From contig NW_026924048.1 in NCBI RefSeq assembly GCF_032062105.1, forward strand, positions 1-64,000: 64,000 bases of DNA, read 5' to 3'. Shown one piece after another: positions 13,330-24,994 of this stretch (the first letter of the stretch is position 1; each line of letters opens with the position of its first letter). Position numbers and translations under genes: made by a program. Source of the DNA: Saccostrea cucullata. Its lineage: Eukaryota. Under the pieces are notes generated by a model. That model saw only the letters and a program-made list of their open reading frames with translations. It was not told the origin of the DNA and did no database searches.

Positions 13330-13722
13330 ACATTAAATGGCTTCATGACAGCGTCCAAACTCAAACGCCCTGAAGAGTAATAGGATAAATAGATACCTAA
13401 TGCTTTCTCACACCAATAATTTTCGCAAGATCTTTCACCATTTGACTTGTTTCATTTTCCAAACTTAAAAAAACACCTTTCAAAAAGAGTAAAGAAGTCC
13501 AGGGAATCACAGGATCTGTCATATTCCAGTATGCAAAGATTCATACTCATAAATGTATTCTAAAAACAATCAGAAATTGTATAAAATTGTATAAAAATGT
13601 TACGGACATTTGTTTTGATTAAAAGAAAATATCTAAGTAAAATCATTAAGACTAAATCATTGAAAGGCGTTTTTTTTTCTATCTTTTTGAGCACCGAGGA
13701 CATAACTTATTTAACATCCTCG
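13330..13722 (+). pseudogene. Mariner transposase 3' remnant with right TIR
   Basis: Degenerate LHDSVQT (cf. LHDNAPAH) and FSQDLSPFDLFHFPNLKKHL (cf. YSPDLAPCDFFLFPKLK); ends AACTTATTTAACATCCTCG-TA. Confidence 0.7.
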
Positions 13723-13744
13723 TAGAATGGATTAAAAGTATATA

Positions 13745-13944
13745 CTGTAAAATCACTTATTCTATGGGGTCAATTTTTGAGGATTATGTAATACAGTAGT
13801 GTTGGTTCGTGGGTATTTGAATTCATGGGTGTAGAAGTGTTGAGTAATTATGAAATATGTAACATTTTACATTTCGTGGTGGGCAAGAATTCGTGGGTCT
13901 CTTCGAGGAAAAAACAAGGAAAATTAACCTCCAACTTTTTACAG
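13745..13944. mobile_element. TA-flanked MITE (CTGTA...TACAG)
   Basis: CTGTAAAA / TTTTACAG termini with TA; internal TTCGTGG repeats. Confidence 0.6.
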
Positions 13945-15394
13945 TATCAGATGGATGATTTTATCTCGAATTAAGCAATTTAGTGGTATTTTTATAAAAT
14001 ACAAATTCTAAAGAAGACGATGTTTCAAATATGAAAAAAAACACCTTGATACTGTGTTCGAATGGGTTCTAAAAATAATATGTATGCCTGCCATGGCAAT
14101 ACAGTGAAACCAAGTAAACAAATCAGTAACTAAGATTGGGTTAAAGCTTATGTATTGAGGAAAACATGAAATTCGAGACTGGCAATATACATCATTAGGA
14201 CCTTGCAGCTCCTACAACATAAGAAAATGGGGATTAATTGCTTTTTTTAAGTGTAATCATGTAAACAACGTACCAATGTCTAAAAGTGATATTTTTACTG
14301 CTTTAGAAATTAAACCATTTAACCCGGTTTCCCGCTGTCAAGCATTTTAATGTATATGTTATAGTAAATATGTGTAATTAGAAATTTCACGTTTTTCCTA
14401 AATATTAGGAAATACATGAAATTCCTATTCTGCTTAGGTAATACAGGTATTTACTAATTTCAGTTTGGAAATACACGTATTTACTTATTAACTTTTCAAT
14501 ACTTTTTACACATATTTACTGACTGCGTTTTGGTGGGACAATTTAGAATATGAATCATAAAATATGAAAGATGCACTGTACATTCAATGTTCAAACCTGT
14601 TAGCATACCATATGTGAATAAATAATATTTGAAATAAACCTTTATTTTGAATTTTTTTAAAAAAAATGTATTATTTGTAAATATAAACCGAAAAAAATAT
14701 TGTGATAATCATAATGATACTCTGCTTTCATTTTCTAGAATGAGTTTTCTATATCACAACATATTTTAACTAACTTTCAGTTATTTTAATACATTTTATT
14801 TAAAAAAACTAAATTTGCTTAGTGGCATTTCTTATTTAATAGTTATTTTATTAGATATTCACACAATGCTACATTAATATTACTGACAGTAGATTAAAAT
14901 CCTGACGAATCTTATTTACAAATAAAAGAATTCTTAATACGCTGTCTGCTCATAAATGCAACAAAAAATCTTTTAAAATACACATAATGTAACGAAATTG
15001 AAGTCAGTAATTCAAGGTGATACTTTACCTTAAAGAATATTTCACCCTCAAAATTTTAATAGTTCAAAATAGAAAAACTATTTATATTTGCAAATACAAA
15101 TTAAGTTTGATTAACTAATAATTGCAAAACATATCTATGTTACCATAACTTTAAAGATGTAAGACTAGAATAAACAGAAGTACCAGATATATCACCATTT
15201 AAAATCTGTACATTTTTGATAAATTTTATCATAAAAATTATGTAAAAACTAGTTCAAATATATCATTCTGACGTTAAAAGCTCCAAATTCATAGCTTATT
15301 CGGAAATATTTTTTGAAATGTGAATACATGTATCTGGGATTTTTATTTAACATTAAAAGTACAAGAATTCAAAATTAATGCATAAGGTCAAGTT

Positions 15395-15572
15395 GGTCGT
15401 TTAAAGCAATCGCTAATTAAACGCCATTTAATTGATTTCCGAAAAACACAGGGGGGTAGGTCTTTTGACACTTTCCCCCGATTGCCGCGAGTATAAAAGA
15501 GGGGCGCACGTGGCGTTTTCCTCCTCTTGCTCGATAGCTTTCCCAGCGTTTCTGCACTTTTGATAATTGTTT
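15395..15572 (+). repeat. Ngaro repeat A1
   Basis: Near-identical to 20549-20725 (GGTCGTTTAAAGCAATCGC...GATAATTGTTT). Confidence 0.95.
15492..15498 (+). promoter_or_regulatory. TATA box in repeat A1
   Basis: TATAAAA about 125 bp upstream of the ORF1 ATG at 15621; repeated in A2. Confidence 0.5.
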
Positions 15573-15620
15573 TGAAGTACTTAAAGCCTCCGAGAACAGT
15601 TCAGCAAAAATCGAAAAATC

Positions 15621-16572
15621 ATGCCACCCATTAGAGCCAGAAAGTCCCAAGCCACTGCCAAGTCCACCAGGGCAAACAAGGGAACCAAGGGAGCCAGGCA
15701 GCAGCAGGGCAGAGGGGGGGGGGAGAAGAAACCTAACCGCAGTCCATTACGCTGACACCAGGGCAGACCCTGAGATCGAGCGGATTGTGACTGGTACAAG
15801 TACCCAGGCCTGGGAGGAAGACGTTCAAGCCTCCACGGGAATGGCGGAGGAGCATGTGCCGCTCATTACTAACAATAAGGGTAGGCAATTAGATTTTTCT
15901 ACTTCGTGGCCTGTCCCGGAGGAAGCTGCCCTGTCACCGGCAGGTAATTTCGGGGCGATGCCAAACATGGAGGTTTGCGCTGGGACGATATAAGTGCCCA
16001 TGTTCCAATCGTTTAAAACAAAAACAAAAAAATTAGGCGGGGAACTATATAAACTTAGCCTGCTTACAAAGGGAAGCGCTGAACTGCAGCAGTTTGCTGC
16101 GGGTAGTAATTTTGATCTAAATGATAAGGGGGAACTTGAGGCTAAGCCCAAAGCTTTGAATGAGAAGATAGCAACCATAGATAGATGGACTGACGCTTTT
16201 CTGTTATTCATGCACATATATATTCAAAGGCACCCAGGGAGGGCAGCCGAATTGGTTCAATATATGTTTGTCATTCGCGACGCAGCGAGGAAATTTCCGG
16301 GCATGGGATGGAGAAATTACGACGAACAGTTTAGAGTGCCTCAAGCAATCTCTTACCGAAATTGGTCAAAATTAAATTCAGATTTATGGCTACGCTTGAT
16401 AGCTGTCCCACCCAGGCCGGAACTTAGTCTCGCTGCATCGCATGCACCAAACCAAACTGGTGTCTGCTTCAGTTACAATAGAAGCCGTTGCATTACAGCC
16501 AATTGCAAATATGCGCATTTATGTTCTTTTTATAAAGGAAAGCACCCCAAATCGAGTTGTGCAAAAAAATGA
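15621..16572 (+). pseudogene. Ngaro ORF1, gag-like with C-terminal Cys/His zinc fingers; frameshift and internal stop
   Basis: ATG 15621 (MPPIRARK...); ORFs 15787-15993 and 15994-16572 share a frame separated by TAA; motifs TIDRWTDAF, GWRNYDEQFR, CFSYNRSRCITANCKYAHLC..YKGKHPKSSC. Confidence 0.85.
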
Positions 16573-18240
16573 TACTTTTCGTACCTCAAAGGCCTCAAAC
16601 AGCACCGCTGCAACCAATAAAGGTCAAAAACTTTAAATTAGCAAATTCCCCTATTAACACTGCAGCTTTAAAAAATTCTCTTACAAATCATCCAAATTTA
16701 GAAGTAGCTAAAGAACTTATGAATGGTTTTCAATTTAGTTTTCGATTGCATTACCGGGGCCCTCGGGAAAAAACAGAAGCACCTAATTTGCCCTCTTTTT
16801 ATAAACATGCAGATGTCGCTAGAGACAATATCAAAAAAGAAATTGACAAAGGATGGATGGCTGGCCCATTTAAATGACGACCTATGTCAAATTTGCGAGT
16901 TTCGCCACTGGGAGTGGTGCCCAAGTAAGCGGAGGGGGAATTCAGGGCAATTCATCACCTTTCCTACCCTACCAATAACTCCGTCAACGACTTAATTAAC
17001 GAAGAGCTTTGTTCGGTCAATTACACAAAATTTGACGAGGGCATTAGCGTGGTTCAGCGTTTAGGGCGTGGATCTTACCTAGTCAAATCGGATATCAAAA
17101 GCGCTTTTAGATTAATGCCCATTTGGCCCGGTGATTTTGAGCTTCTGGGTTTCGAGTTCGACGGTTGTTATTATTTTGACAAATGCCTCCCCTTTGGGTG
17201 TTCTACATTCGAGAGAAATTGTCATCGTTTCTAGAGTGGCTGGTGCGCGAGAGAGCTACATCGAGAGAAGTTCTACACTATTTAGACGATTTCTTGCTCG
17301 GGGGTCATACGACAGACGAGTGTCAAATGATAGTGGATAATTTCATACAGGTCTGCCAATAATTAGGGGTCCCAATAGCATGGGAAAAAAAGCGAGGGTC
17401 CACAGGAACTTACTACTTTTCTTGGGCTAGAAATTGATACTCAAAAAATGCAGGTCAGGTTGCCGGAAAAAAAGTGAATGAAATCAGCATGATTATTAAA
17501 GGCATATTGAAGAAATCGAAAACCAACTTGAAATCCATGCAATCTCTTATAGGATATCTAAATTTTGCCTGCAGAGCAATTCCTCCCGGTCGCACTTTCT
17601 GCAGGCGGCTGTCAAATGCAACGCATGGTTTGTCTAAACCATTTCATCATTTAAGAGTAACAAAAGAGATAAAAGCGGATTTACTGTATGGCTGGAATTT
17701 TTTGATAAAGTTAATGGTTTTGTGGTATTCCAAGAAAAGTTTTGGGTATCTAACATAGATTTAGAACTTTTTACAGATAGCTCGGCGCGTCGAGGAAACG
17801 GTTTGGGAATTTATTTTAGCGGTGCATGGACCTACGGTGTATGGCCAGAGTTTTGGTTCAATAAGGGCTATACTAAGGATATCACTGTGTTGGAATTTTT
17901 TCCATTACTTGTTTCAGTATTTTTATGGGGGGAAAAGCTGCGCAACAAAACAGTTTCATTTAGATCTGATAATCAATCAGTGGTACATATTGTAAATTCG
18001 ATGTCATCAAAATCAGAATTAGTAATGATCATGTTGCGCAAATTCGTTCTAAAATGCTTGCAGTTGAACATTTCATTTAAAGCGCAGCACGTCTCGGGCG
18101 TTCAGAGCTCATTGACGGACAGTTTTTCACGTTTACGATTTCAGCGATTTCACAAGTTGGCTCCGGACGCAGACAGTCAGCCTACACCATTTCCAGGGGC
18201 ACTTTGGACTATTTTCGAGACGAAATCACCCGATTGTTAG
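16557..18240 (+). pseudogene. Ngaro ORF2, reverse transcriptase-RNase H, fragmented
   Basis: KSDIKSAFR, CLPFGCS, HYLDDFL (~17276-17296), QSLIGYLNFACRAI; RNase H LFTDSS...ITVLEFFP...SDNQSVV...DSFSR; several stops and frameshifts. Confidence 0.92.
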
Positions 18241-19450
18241 ATGCAAGCATTTCAGCAAACACCAGGACTGTATACTTACAAGCTTTAAAGAATTTTAAAG
18301 ATTTCAGAATATTGACAAAACTACCTGATAAATGGTCAGTCCCTTCAAACCATATTCTGTTATATATAGCATATCATTCAGGAAAGGGCTCAGCAGCTTC
18401 AACAGTTTCATCTTATATTTCGGGTATTATTTACCGTTCACGGTAGCTCAGTCGGTAGAGCGCTCGCTCCGTGATCCGGAGGTCGTGAGTTCGTATCTCG
18501 GCCGCGACTGACCCAGTCGTTAAAATGGGTAGCAACTGTTCCTTCGCCATGCGCTCGGCACTTTGAAGTGAAAGTTGCGGGTCCTTCGGATGAGACCTTA
18601 AAAACCGAGGCCCCGTGTCAGCGGCAGGCGTTGGCACGATAAAGATCCTTCACTGCTCAATGGCCCTGAGTGCCGAGTAAAGGTCAAAATTTGAAGCCCT
18701 TCACCGGCATACGGTGACATCTCCATATGAGTGAAAAGTTCTCGAGAGGGACGTTAAACAATACACAATAAATATTTCTAGTATTAGCTATGTACACAAA
18801 CTGAGACAATGGACCGATCCGGCAGATTTCGAAGATTGAATAGAACAAAAGACCACAGAGCACCTATTTCGGAAGAGGTTCTCGCTAAAATCTGTAGCGC
18901 TCTAAATCAAGTGTGTTATTCGGAATATGAAACATTATTGTTTAGATCAGTTTTTACCTTGGCCTTTTACGGTCTATTTAGGGTAGGGGAATTAGTGCAT
19001 ACCTCGGAGCATTGCGCCCATGTTCCTTTAACTATTAAGGATATAAAATTTTGTACGTCAAAGAGCGTTCCTTGCGTCTCTATCTCTGTAAGATTATCTA
19101 AAGCTGATCAAACAGGAAAAGGTATCAATATTTGATAACCATCTCTTCATCAAAGAAACATTTGCCCAGTTAATAATTTGAAAAAAAATTTTGCAGTGAG
19201 ACCACGTGTTGAGGGTTCATTATTCGTGCATAGCAATAAATCCCCACTAACTAGATATCAGTTTAACGCAGTCCTGAGAAAAACCCTTTCGAAAATTAAT
19301 CACCCAATTTATGCTTACAAATCACATTCTTTTAGAATTTGAGGTGCAACGTGTCTTGCTTTAAAAGGGGTATCACATGACAAAATCCAATTATTGGGAC
19401 GCTGGAAATCAAGCGCATTCCTAAAGTATATTAGAATAGATATGATGTGA
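18204..19450 (+). pseudogene. Ngaro ORF3, tyrosine recombinase, interrupted by a SINE, frameshifts and a stop
   Basis: SSYISGI|SYVHKL rejoins across the SINE; catalytic motifs AFYGLFRVGEL, SKADQ, SHSFRI*GAT, LLGRWKSSAFLKYIR. Confidence 0.92.
18429..18771 (+). mobile_element. tRNA-derived SINE with a V-domain-like core
   Basis: tRNA-like head from 18433 with box A (TAGCTCAGTCGG) and box B-like GAGTTCGTATC; core GTCCTTCGGATGAGAC...AAACCGAGG...AAAGATCC (from 18581); AC-rich tail; 14-bp TSD ATATTTCGGGTATT (18415-18428) / ATATTTCTAGTATT (18772-18785). Confidence 0.9.
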
Positions 19451-19497
19451 GCTTTGTAGATGAGTTGTATTTACCGTATTATTTATTGCTTCTTTAG

Positions 19498-20148
19498 AGC
19501 ATCTTGTATGGATTGTGGGATCTTCAATTGTTTACTGGGCATGTAGATGGGCGTCTACAAATCTGACTACTAACTTACGCCTTGGAAAATTTAGGCGTTC
19601 AGGTAACCTGGATGGGCAAAAGGGGCATGAAATGGGAGGAGCTCATTGACTCTATCGAGCAAAAGGTAACTAAATGTCCTCCTCCAGCATATTTAATTAT
19701 CCACCTAGGGGGGAATGATATCACATCAATTAAGAGCGAGGTATTATGTACCAGAATAGAGCACGACATATGTTTAATGGCAAACAAATTACCAAGTTGC
19801 AAAATGATATCGTCTGATATACTCCCGGGCAGAAAATGGATAGGGGGTCGTGACATAGGTTCCGTCGAACGGAAGCGAAAAAGAGTTAACAGAGCGGCTC
19901 GTAGGGCGGTCGCATCAGTAAGCAGCAGAGTTATTAATCACCCTGATATAGAGTTTTCGGAGGAGGGGCTTTACCATGCTGACGAAGTTCATATGTCTGA
20001 CGTGGGAAATGCAATTTTAACAAACACTTTTCAATCAGCCATAGAAGCTTTTATCTCCTGTTCAATTTTATTTGTTGGGTGGCAGATATGTATAGACATC
20101 TCTGAGTGGCGGATATGTCAGACAAGCAAAGACATTTGTCATCACTAA
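19498..20148 (+). pseudogene. Ngaro ORF4, SGNH/GDSL hydrolase-like, one frameshift
   Basis: Block I WIVGSSIVYWA (19509), block III IIHLGGNDI, block V DEVH; frameshift near 19581. Confidence 0.85.
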
Positions 20149-20548
20149 ATTAATTATTGTTTATGTATGATTATCTATTTTACGTGATTGGTAGAGCATG
20201 TGGTGGCTCGCTAAGGCTTCCCTGGGAGCCAATACAAGCTTGCTATGGAGTACACTAGGAGCTTGTGTGAGGGATCTGTTCGGTATAACAGTAACCTGCA
20301 ATTACATATCCCAGCTGACTCGCTAAGGGGTACCCTAGGAGTCGATTTATAAATATTGTTACGCCTTGGTATGGATTACCCTTGAAGGCGAGGTGCCATA
20401 ACGCCTGTTACTGATTTAGGTGTGTGGCACCCAATGATTGTTAAATGCTTGTCTGTCTGATATTTGTCATTGAAATAATTATTAAAGCTGTGGCCTTTAT
20501 CATCCAAGAAACATGTTTTGTTATTTTTTCAGAAAAATATTCTATTAA
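20110..20548 (+). repeat. Ngaro repeat B1
   Basis: Direct repeat of 20941-21483 (CGGATATGTCAGACAAGCA...TATTCTATTAA). Confidence 0.95.
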
Positions 20549-20725
20549 GGTCGTTTAAAGCAATCGCTAATTAAACGCATTTAATTGATTTCCAAAAAAC
20601 ACAGGGGGGTAGGTCTTTTGACACTTTCCCCGGATTGCCGCGAGTATAAAAGAGGGGCGCACGTGGCGTTTTCCTCCTCTTGCTCGATAGCTTTCCCAGC
20701 GTTTCTGCACTTTTGATAATTGTTT
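20549..20725 (+). repeat. Ngaro repeat A2
   Basis: Copy of A1 abutting B1 (junction ATTAA|GGTCG); followed by CCCACCCACCACCCCC. Confidence 0.95.
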
Positions 20726-20940
20726 CCCACCCACCACCCCCACTTAATGAGAAATTAAATCTTAGTTGTTGATAGATTGCTACTTTAAACATGTTAAGAA
20801 TTTGAGATGCTGTTGTTTCTGCTGTTTATTTGTATTTTTCAAGTTACAATTAACTGTGGATGTTTTATGTTTATGTGCGCAAGATTGTGATCTACAGGAA
20901 ATGGACTGAGGAATAACGATATGTTGCTGTCGCAGCTTTA

Positions 20941-21483
20941 CGGATATGTCAGACAAGCAGAGACATTTGTCATCATTATATTAATTATTGTTTATGTATG
21001 ATTATCTGTTTTACGTGATTGGTAATTCATGTGGTGGCTCGCTAAGGCTACCCTAGGAGCCAATACAAGCTTGCTATGGAGTGCACTAGGAGCTTGTGTG
21101 AGAGATCTGTTCGGTATAACAGTAACCTCGTACCCCGTTCGGTATAATGGGTGGTTATTTTTGCCCTACTCGGTATAGTGGGCTTACCTGTTCGGTATAA
21201 CATGTAGTAGCCTCGCTAAGGAATCCCCTAATAGGCAATTACATATCCCAGCTTACTCGCTAAGGGGTACCCTAGGAGTCGATTTATAAATATTGTTACG
21301 TCTTGCTATGGATTACCCTAGAAGGCGAAGTGCCATAACACCCGTTATACTGATTTCGGTGTGTGGCACTCAATGATTGTTAAATGCTTGTCTGACATTT
21401 GTCATTGAAACAATTATTAAAGCTGTGGCCTTTATCATCCAAGAAACATGTTTTATTATTTTTTCGGAAAAATATTCTATTAA
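20941..21483 (+). repeat. Ngaro repeat B2 (about 100 bp longer than B1)
   Basis: Matches B1 except for an extra block ~21128-21235 with TCGGTATA repeats and one more hairpin. Confidence 0.95.
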
Positions 21484-23163
21484 TATAGCATTTGTATTAG
21501 TATTTGTATGCATAGTGAATGTTTTAAAGGATATGCGTATTCATCAAGCTTTGTTCAGTGAAAACTTGTAAAATTGGCTAACATTTTCAGTAAATACATG
21601 AATTACCTAGCTATTCAGCAATTTCATGTATTCCCTAAAATGGTCAGTAAATACATGTATTTACTGAAAGGTTTAGGGAATACATGAAATTCCTGATTTC
21701 ACATATTTACTGTATTATATATACCATTTCCTATTTCTAACACAGAATCAAGCATATACCGTTTCCAAGCAATCACACATTTCTCACGCAGTTTAAAAAG
21801 TATATTTAATCTTTAATTTAATGCCAAATTCCTTCTATTCTATACTTGCTAAAGTCTCATAAAATAAGAAATGTTATTTTCTTGGTAAAATATTTCGTCA
21901 TAATTTTATTTACGCTAAACTTTAGAGAAACTTGTACCGCGCTATAAAATACTTGCAGGGAAAATGTAACGTCACATTTCTTTGACGTGAACATTAAGTG
22001 TATGTTGTATAACAATTCACTAAGTGTAAAGAGTCATATGACACACCTTGAATGATACTTCTCAGGTAGAACTTAAGTTGAATAATATATTGATATAATT
22101 TAACGAAGAAAACAACACTGTGCTATGTTTACAAGAAAGAGAAAAGCCCAATTTTGTAAACTTTATATCAATATTAAATCCTTTGTGTCAGCTTCTTGCG
22201 CCCGGTTAGAAATAAGAGGATAGTTGAAATTAACAGTCTGGTTAGTTATTCATAGAAAAATATTAATCATAAAAGTTTTCAGGATCTACGTTAAAGGGGT
22301 AGGTATCAAAGAAAACAAAACGTTTTTTTTTTCAAATTTTTAAAGATGTGTTTATATTTATAAATTTTCTGCTTATTACCATCAGTTATTATTTTAAGAA
22401 TTTGATTTCATTTTTTTAATGGAAAAATTAAGACCACTCCAGCATATTTAAAAATATAAACCTCAGTTCTATAGAAATGTGCTTTTTTAAAAGATCGGAT
22501 CAAATTGAAACATACAGAGTGTAAATCTGAACGTTCTCTGTGGCATAGAGACCGTAGCAGCCATTGCCAACCAATAAGAAATTTAATTTTCCTTTCAGAT
22601 TTTATCCTATGATTGTTTTTTTTTCTTTTTTACGTGTATGACTTTATCAGATTCAATGAAAATTGTTTGCTATGTGTTTGTATATATGCATATGGAAAAA
22701 GCTTCAAAATAAAACATTGAAAAAAAAAGATTCAATGAATACATATAATATTTTATACCTTTAAATATTTTTTTTTTTTTTTGAAAAATTAGAGCAGCTG
22801 TCAATGATAACAATTATATCATTTCTGCTCTTCTGAGAAATTATCTCTATGTTTCCGTACAAAATTCCACCATCCCCTGAGTCAGATACTCTTCAGTTTT
22901 ACACCTGGTGTTCTGGAGCACAAGGTAGCATGCATAATATGCATAATATTTACTTAAATAAATGCAACTTGGACGACATTAATTCAAAATGTAAAGTGTA
23001 CAAGAGAAAAAAAGCGTGGTAATAAAAGATAAAAATCTCCTAATTTTTTTGCTTTCAAATTCATTTTAACATCAAAATTCATCCATATGTTACATTGAAA
23101 AACAAATTAATGAAAGAATTGTATATTTCATGCAAAATTAGTTTATTGATTTTTCTTTGATCA

Positions 23164-24932
23164 TTACAAATGTCCCCAAACAGCCACCTCTGCCGGGTCT
23201 AAGTAAGTCTCCGATCCTCCCACGACCTGTTTATGTACATATCGGCCAGTTGTATTAGAAGGGCACCATACAGAAAACTTTTCTCCAACGTTTGCAGGTC
23301 CACAGAAATGACCACAAAAGACCATCGAGTCAGAACACGGTTCTTTGTCCACTTTGACGTCTATGCTTCGAAGTCGTCCACCTATATTTCATAAGGTAAA
23401 AAGTACAATACATTGATAAAATGAAAAAAAAAAAAAACAAGGTTGAAGGGGAAAACATCTCATAAATTTATATTTCACTGTCAGTTTCCTTGAATTTATA
23501 TTTTAGATACAAAAATTGGAAGAAATGCTATTTTAATTTTAAATGGACTAGAATAGATTTCAAAATCAAATTCTAATGCAATTGTTTTGTAAAACACATT
23601 TTGATTGGCTAATGCACTGATGTTTGAAGCAGTAAAACGAGCATTAACGAGCATGAAAGCTTTTTCGTTGTGACTTCATAATAGAGCGATGCAAAAATAC
23701 AATGCTCCACGTACTTCATGTAACAAAATTCAACAAAATAAAACGTAAACAATAAACAAAATACATGGATTGCATTAGAATGGGAATAACTAATCTTTTA
23801 ATATGGTATTTGCGACCGTTAATGCTGATTTAACGGTCGCAAACATCCGTTTTACCGGCTCCGCTTACGCAGTTTGCGACCATTAAATCAGCATTAACCG
23901 TCGCAAATACCAAATTAGAAGATAGTTATTCCCTAAATATAGATATTTATTTTTTATTTTTAAAATGATGTTTAAGAAATGCTAAGGCTTTACCAAATTT
24001 TACTGCTTTCAATAGGTGGTACATTTTATTATTTAAATTTTTCATAGATTACTATCAAATATATCGGTTGCATGTATATGGTTAGTTAAACAATTCTAAT
24101 GAGTTAAATCGTACGTAGTAGGCATGTTCGGTTTTAATGTACACATTACTTATATAGGACATAAAATTATCGTGACGAAAAGGAACCGTCAAGCTCGATG
24201 TTTCAATGTCTTGAATCATGTCTCATTGTCATGCAGTGTATCTCAATTCTGTAAAAACCTTTTTTCGCGTATGAGATATTTTCGCGAGGTTAGCGAGAGC
24301 CCCATTATCGAGAATATTTCTATCGATGAAACGGTCCTTAAAGATTCTGTGTCTTTTTCAACAAATGCGAAAATTAATATTTGCGAACTAGTTTACCCCC
24401 TGTAAATTGCGAAAAAAGTCGTGGCGAATGAAATTGATTTGTTGTGATGTTATGATAATAAAATAAAAATAACAATTATGAAAATTTTAAGCATAGAGCA
24501 GTAGACTCCAACGATAATCAGAATATTTTTCTTAGGAATAATTTTCTATTATCCTCAACTTTTTGTGCATTAGATTTCTTGATAAAAATGTTCTCAAAAT
24601 TATCATTAATTAACAATTAGAGAGTTTTATGCATAAATTGTTGATTACTTACCACAGCAATCTGGTCTGGCGAAGACTTCTATTTCTTGAACTTCATAGG
24701 TCTTTCCTAGATCAATTCTAAGCCATGGGAATCTTTCTTTGCTGGTATGAGAGAAGTCTGTAAGAAAGCCATTGATAGCATTCTATGCTGGATATAATTC
24801 AGAATTATATCTGGAACTTTGATTCGCAGACTCTCCATACGCCACATTACTATAGGGAAGCAGGTGCTCATCTGCAGCAGCAGCAGCGAAGCAGAGGAAG
24901 AGAAGGAAAACAAGCGTCAGGGAACCTGCCAT
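23164..24932 (-). pseudogene. Secreted single-domain F-type lectin (fucolectin), 2 exons, 165 codons, one in-frame TAG at codon 50
   Basis: Exon 1 24932-24653: MAGSLTLVFLLFLCFAAAAADEHLLPYSNVAYGESANQSSRYNSELYPA*NAINGFLTDFSHTSKERFPWLRIDLGKTYEVQEIEVFARPDCC. Exon 2 23381-23164: GGRLRSIDVKV...GRYVHKQ...LDPAEVAVWGHL*. GT-AG phase-1 intron, exact HX26RXDX4R motif, signal peptide, AATAAA at 23142-23147 (minus). Confidence 0.92.
23571..23935. mobile_element. Non-autonomous hairpin element (Crypton- or Helentron-like; family uncertain) in the lectin intron
   Basis: TTCTAATGCAAT (23571) / ATTGCATTAGAA (23769-23780) inverted pair, followed by a 152-bp palindrome at 23782-23933. Confidence 0.6.
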
Positions 24933-24986
24933 TAATAACTTTTGGAAAATTGCATCGATGATAAACTGATTTCCTGTTCAATATTC

Positions 24987-24994
24987 CTTTTATA
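24987..24994 (-). promoter_or_regulatory. TATA box of the F-type lectin gene
   Basis: TATAAAAG on the minus strand about 55 bp upstream of the ATG. Confidence 0.6.

Larger units (their letters stand above)
15395..21483 (+). mobile_element. Ngaro-type (DIRS order) tyrosine-recombinase retrotransposon, full length but decayed
   Basis: Split direct repeats A1(15395-15572)-ORFs-B1(20110-20548)-A2(20549-20725)-spacer-B2(20941-21483); gag-like, RT/RNase H, recombinase and SGNH hydrolase frames in order; no TSD seen. Confidence 0.93.
14333..21745. mobile_element. Non-autonomous TIR element (EnSpm-like) that hosts the Ngaro insertion
   Basis: 14362-14403 (ATAGTAAATATGTGTAATTAGAAATTTCACGTTTTTCCTAAA) is an inverted copy of ~21673-21715; both ends carry arrays of GTAAATACATGTATTTAC-like palindromes. 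Exact termini are degenerate. Confidence 0.6.

Noticed and set aside
18433-18505. tRNA-like sequence
   Set aside because: It is the head of a SINE: it continues into a V-like core and tail, has a TSD and lacks a proper acceptor stem.
21107-21202. TCGGTATA repeats with variable spacers, CRISPR-like at a glance
   Set aside because: Repeats are very short and irregular, sit inside the Ngaro B2 repeat, and the DNA is eukaryotic with no cas genes.
24707-24913. 68-aa minus-strand ORF from the track
   Set aside because: Wrong frame; the real exon is the overlapping lectin frame starting at ATG 24932.
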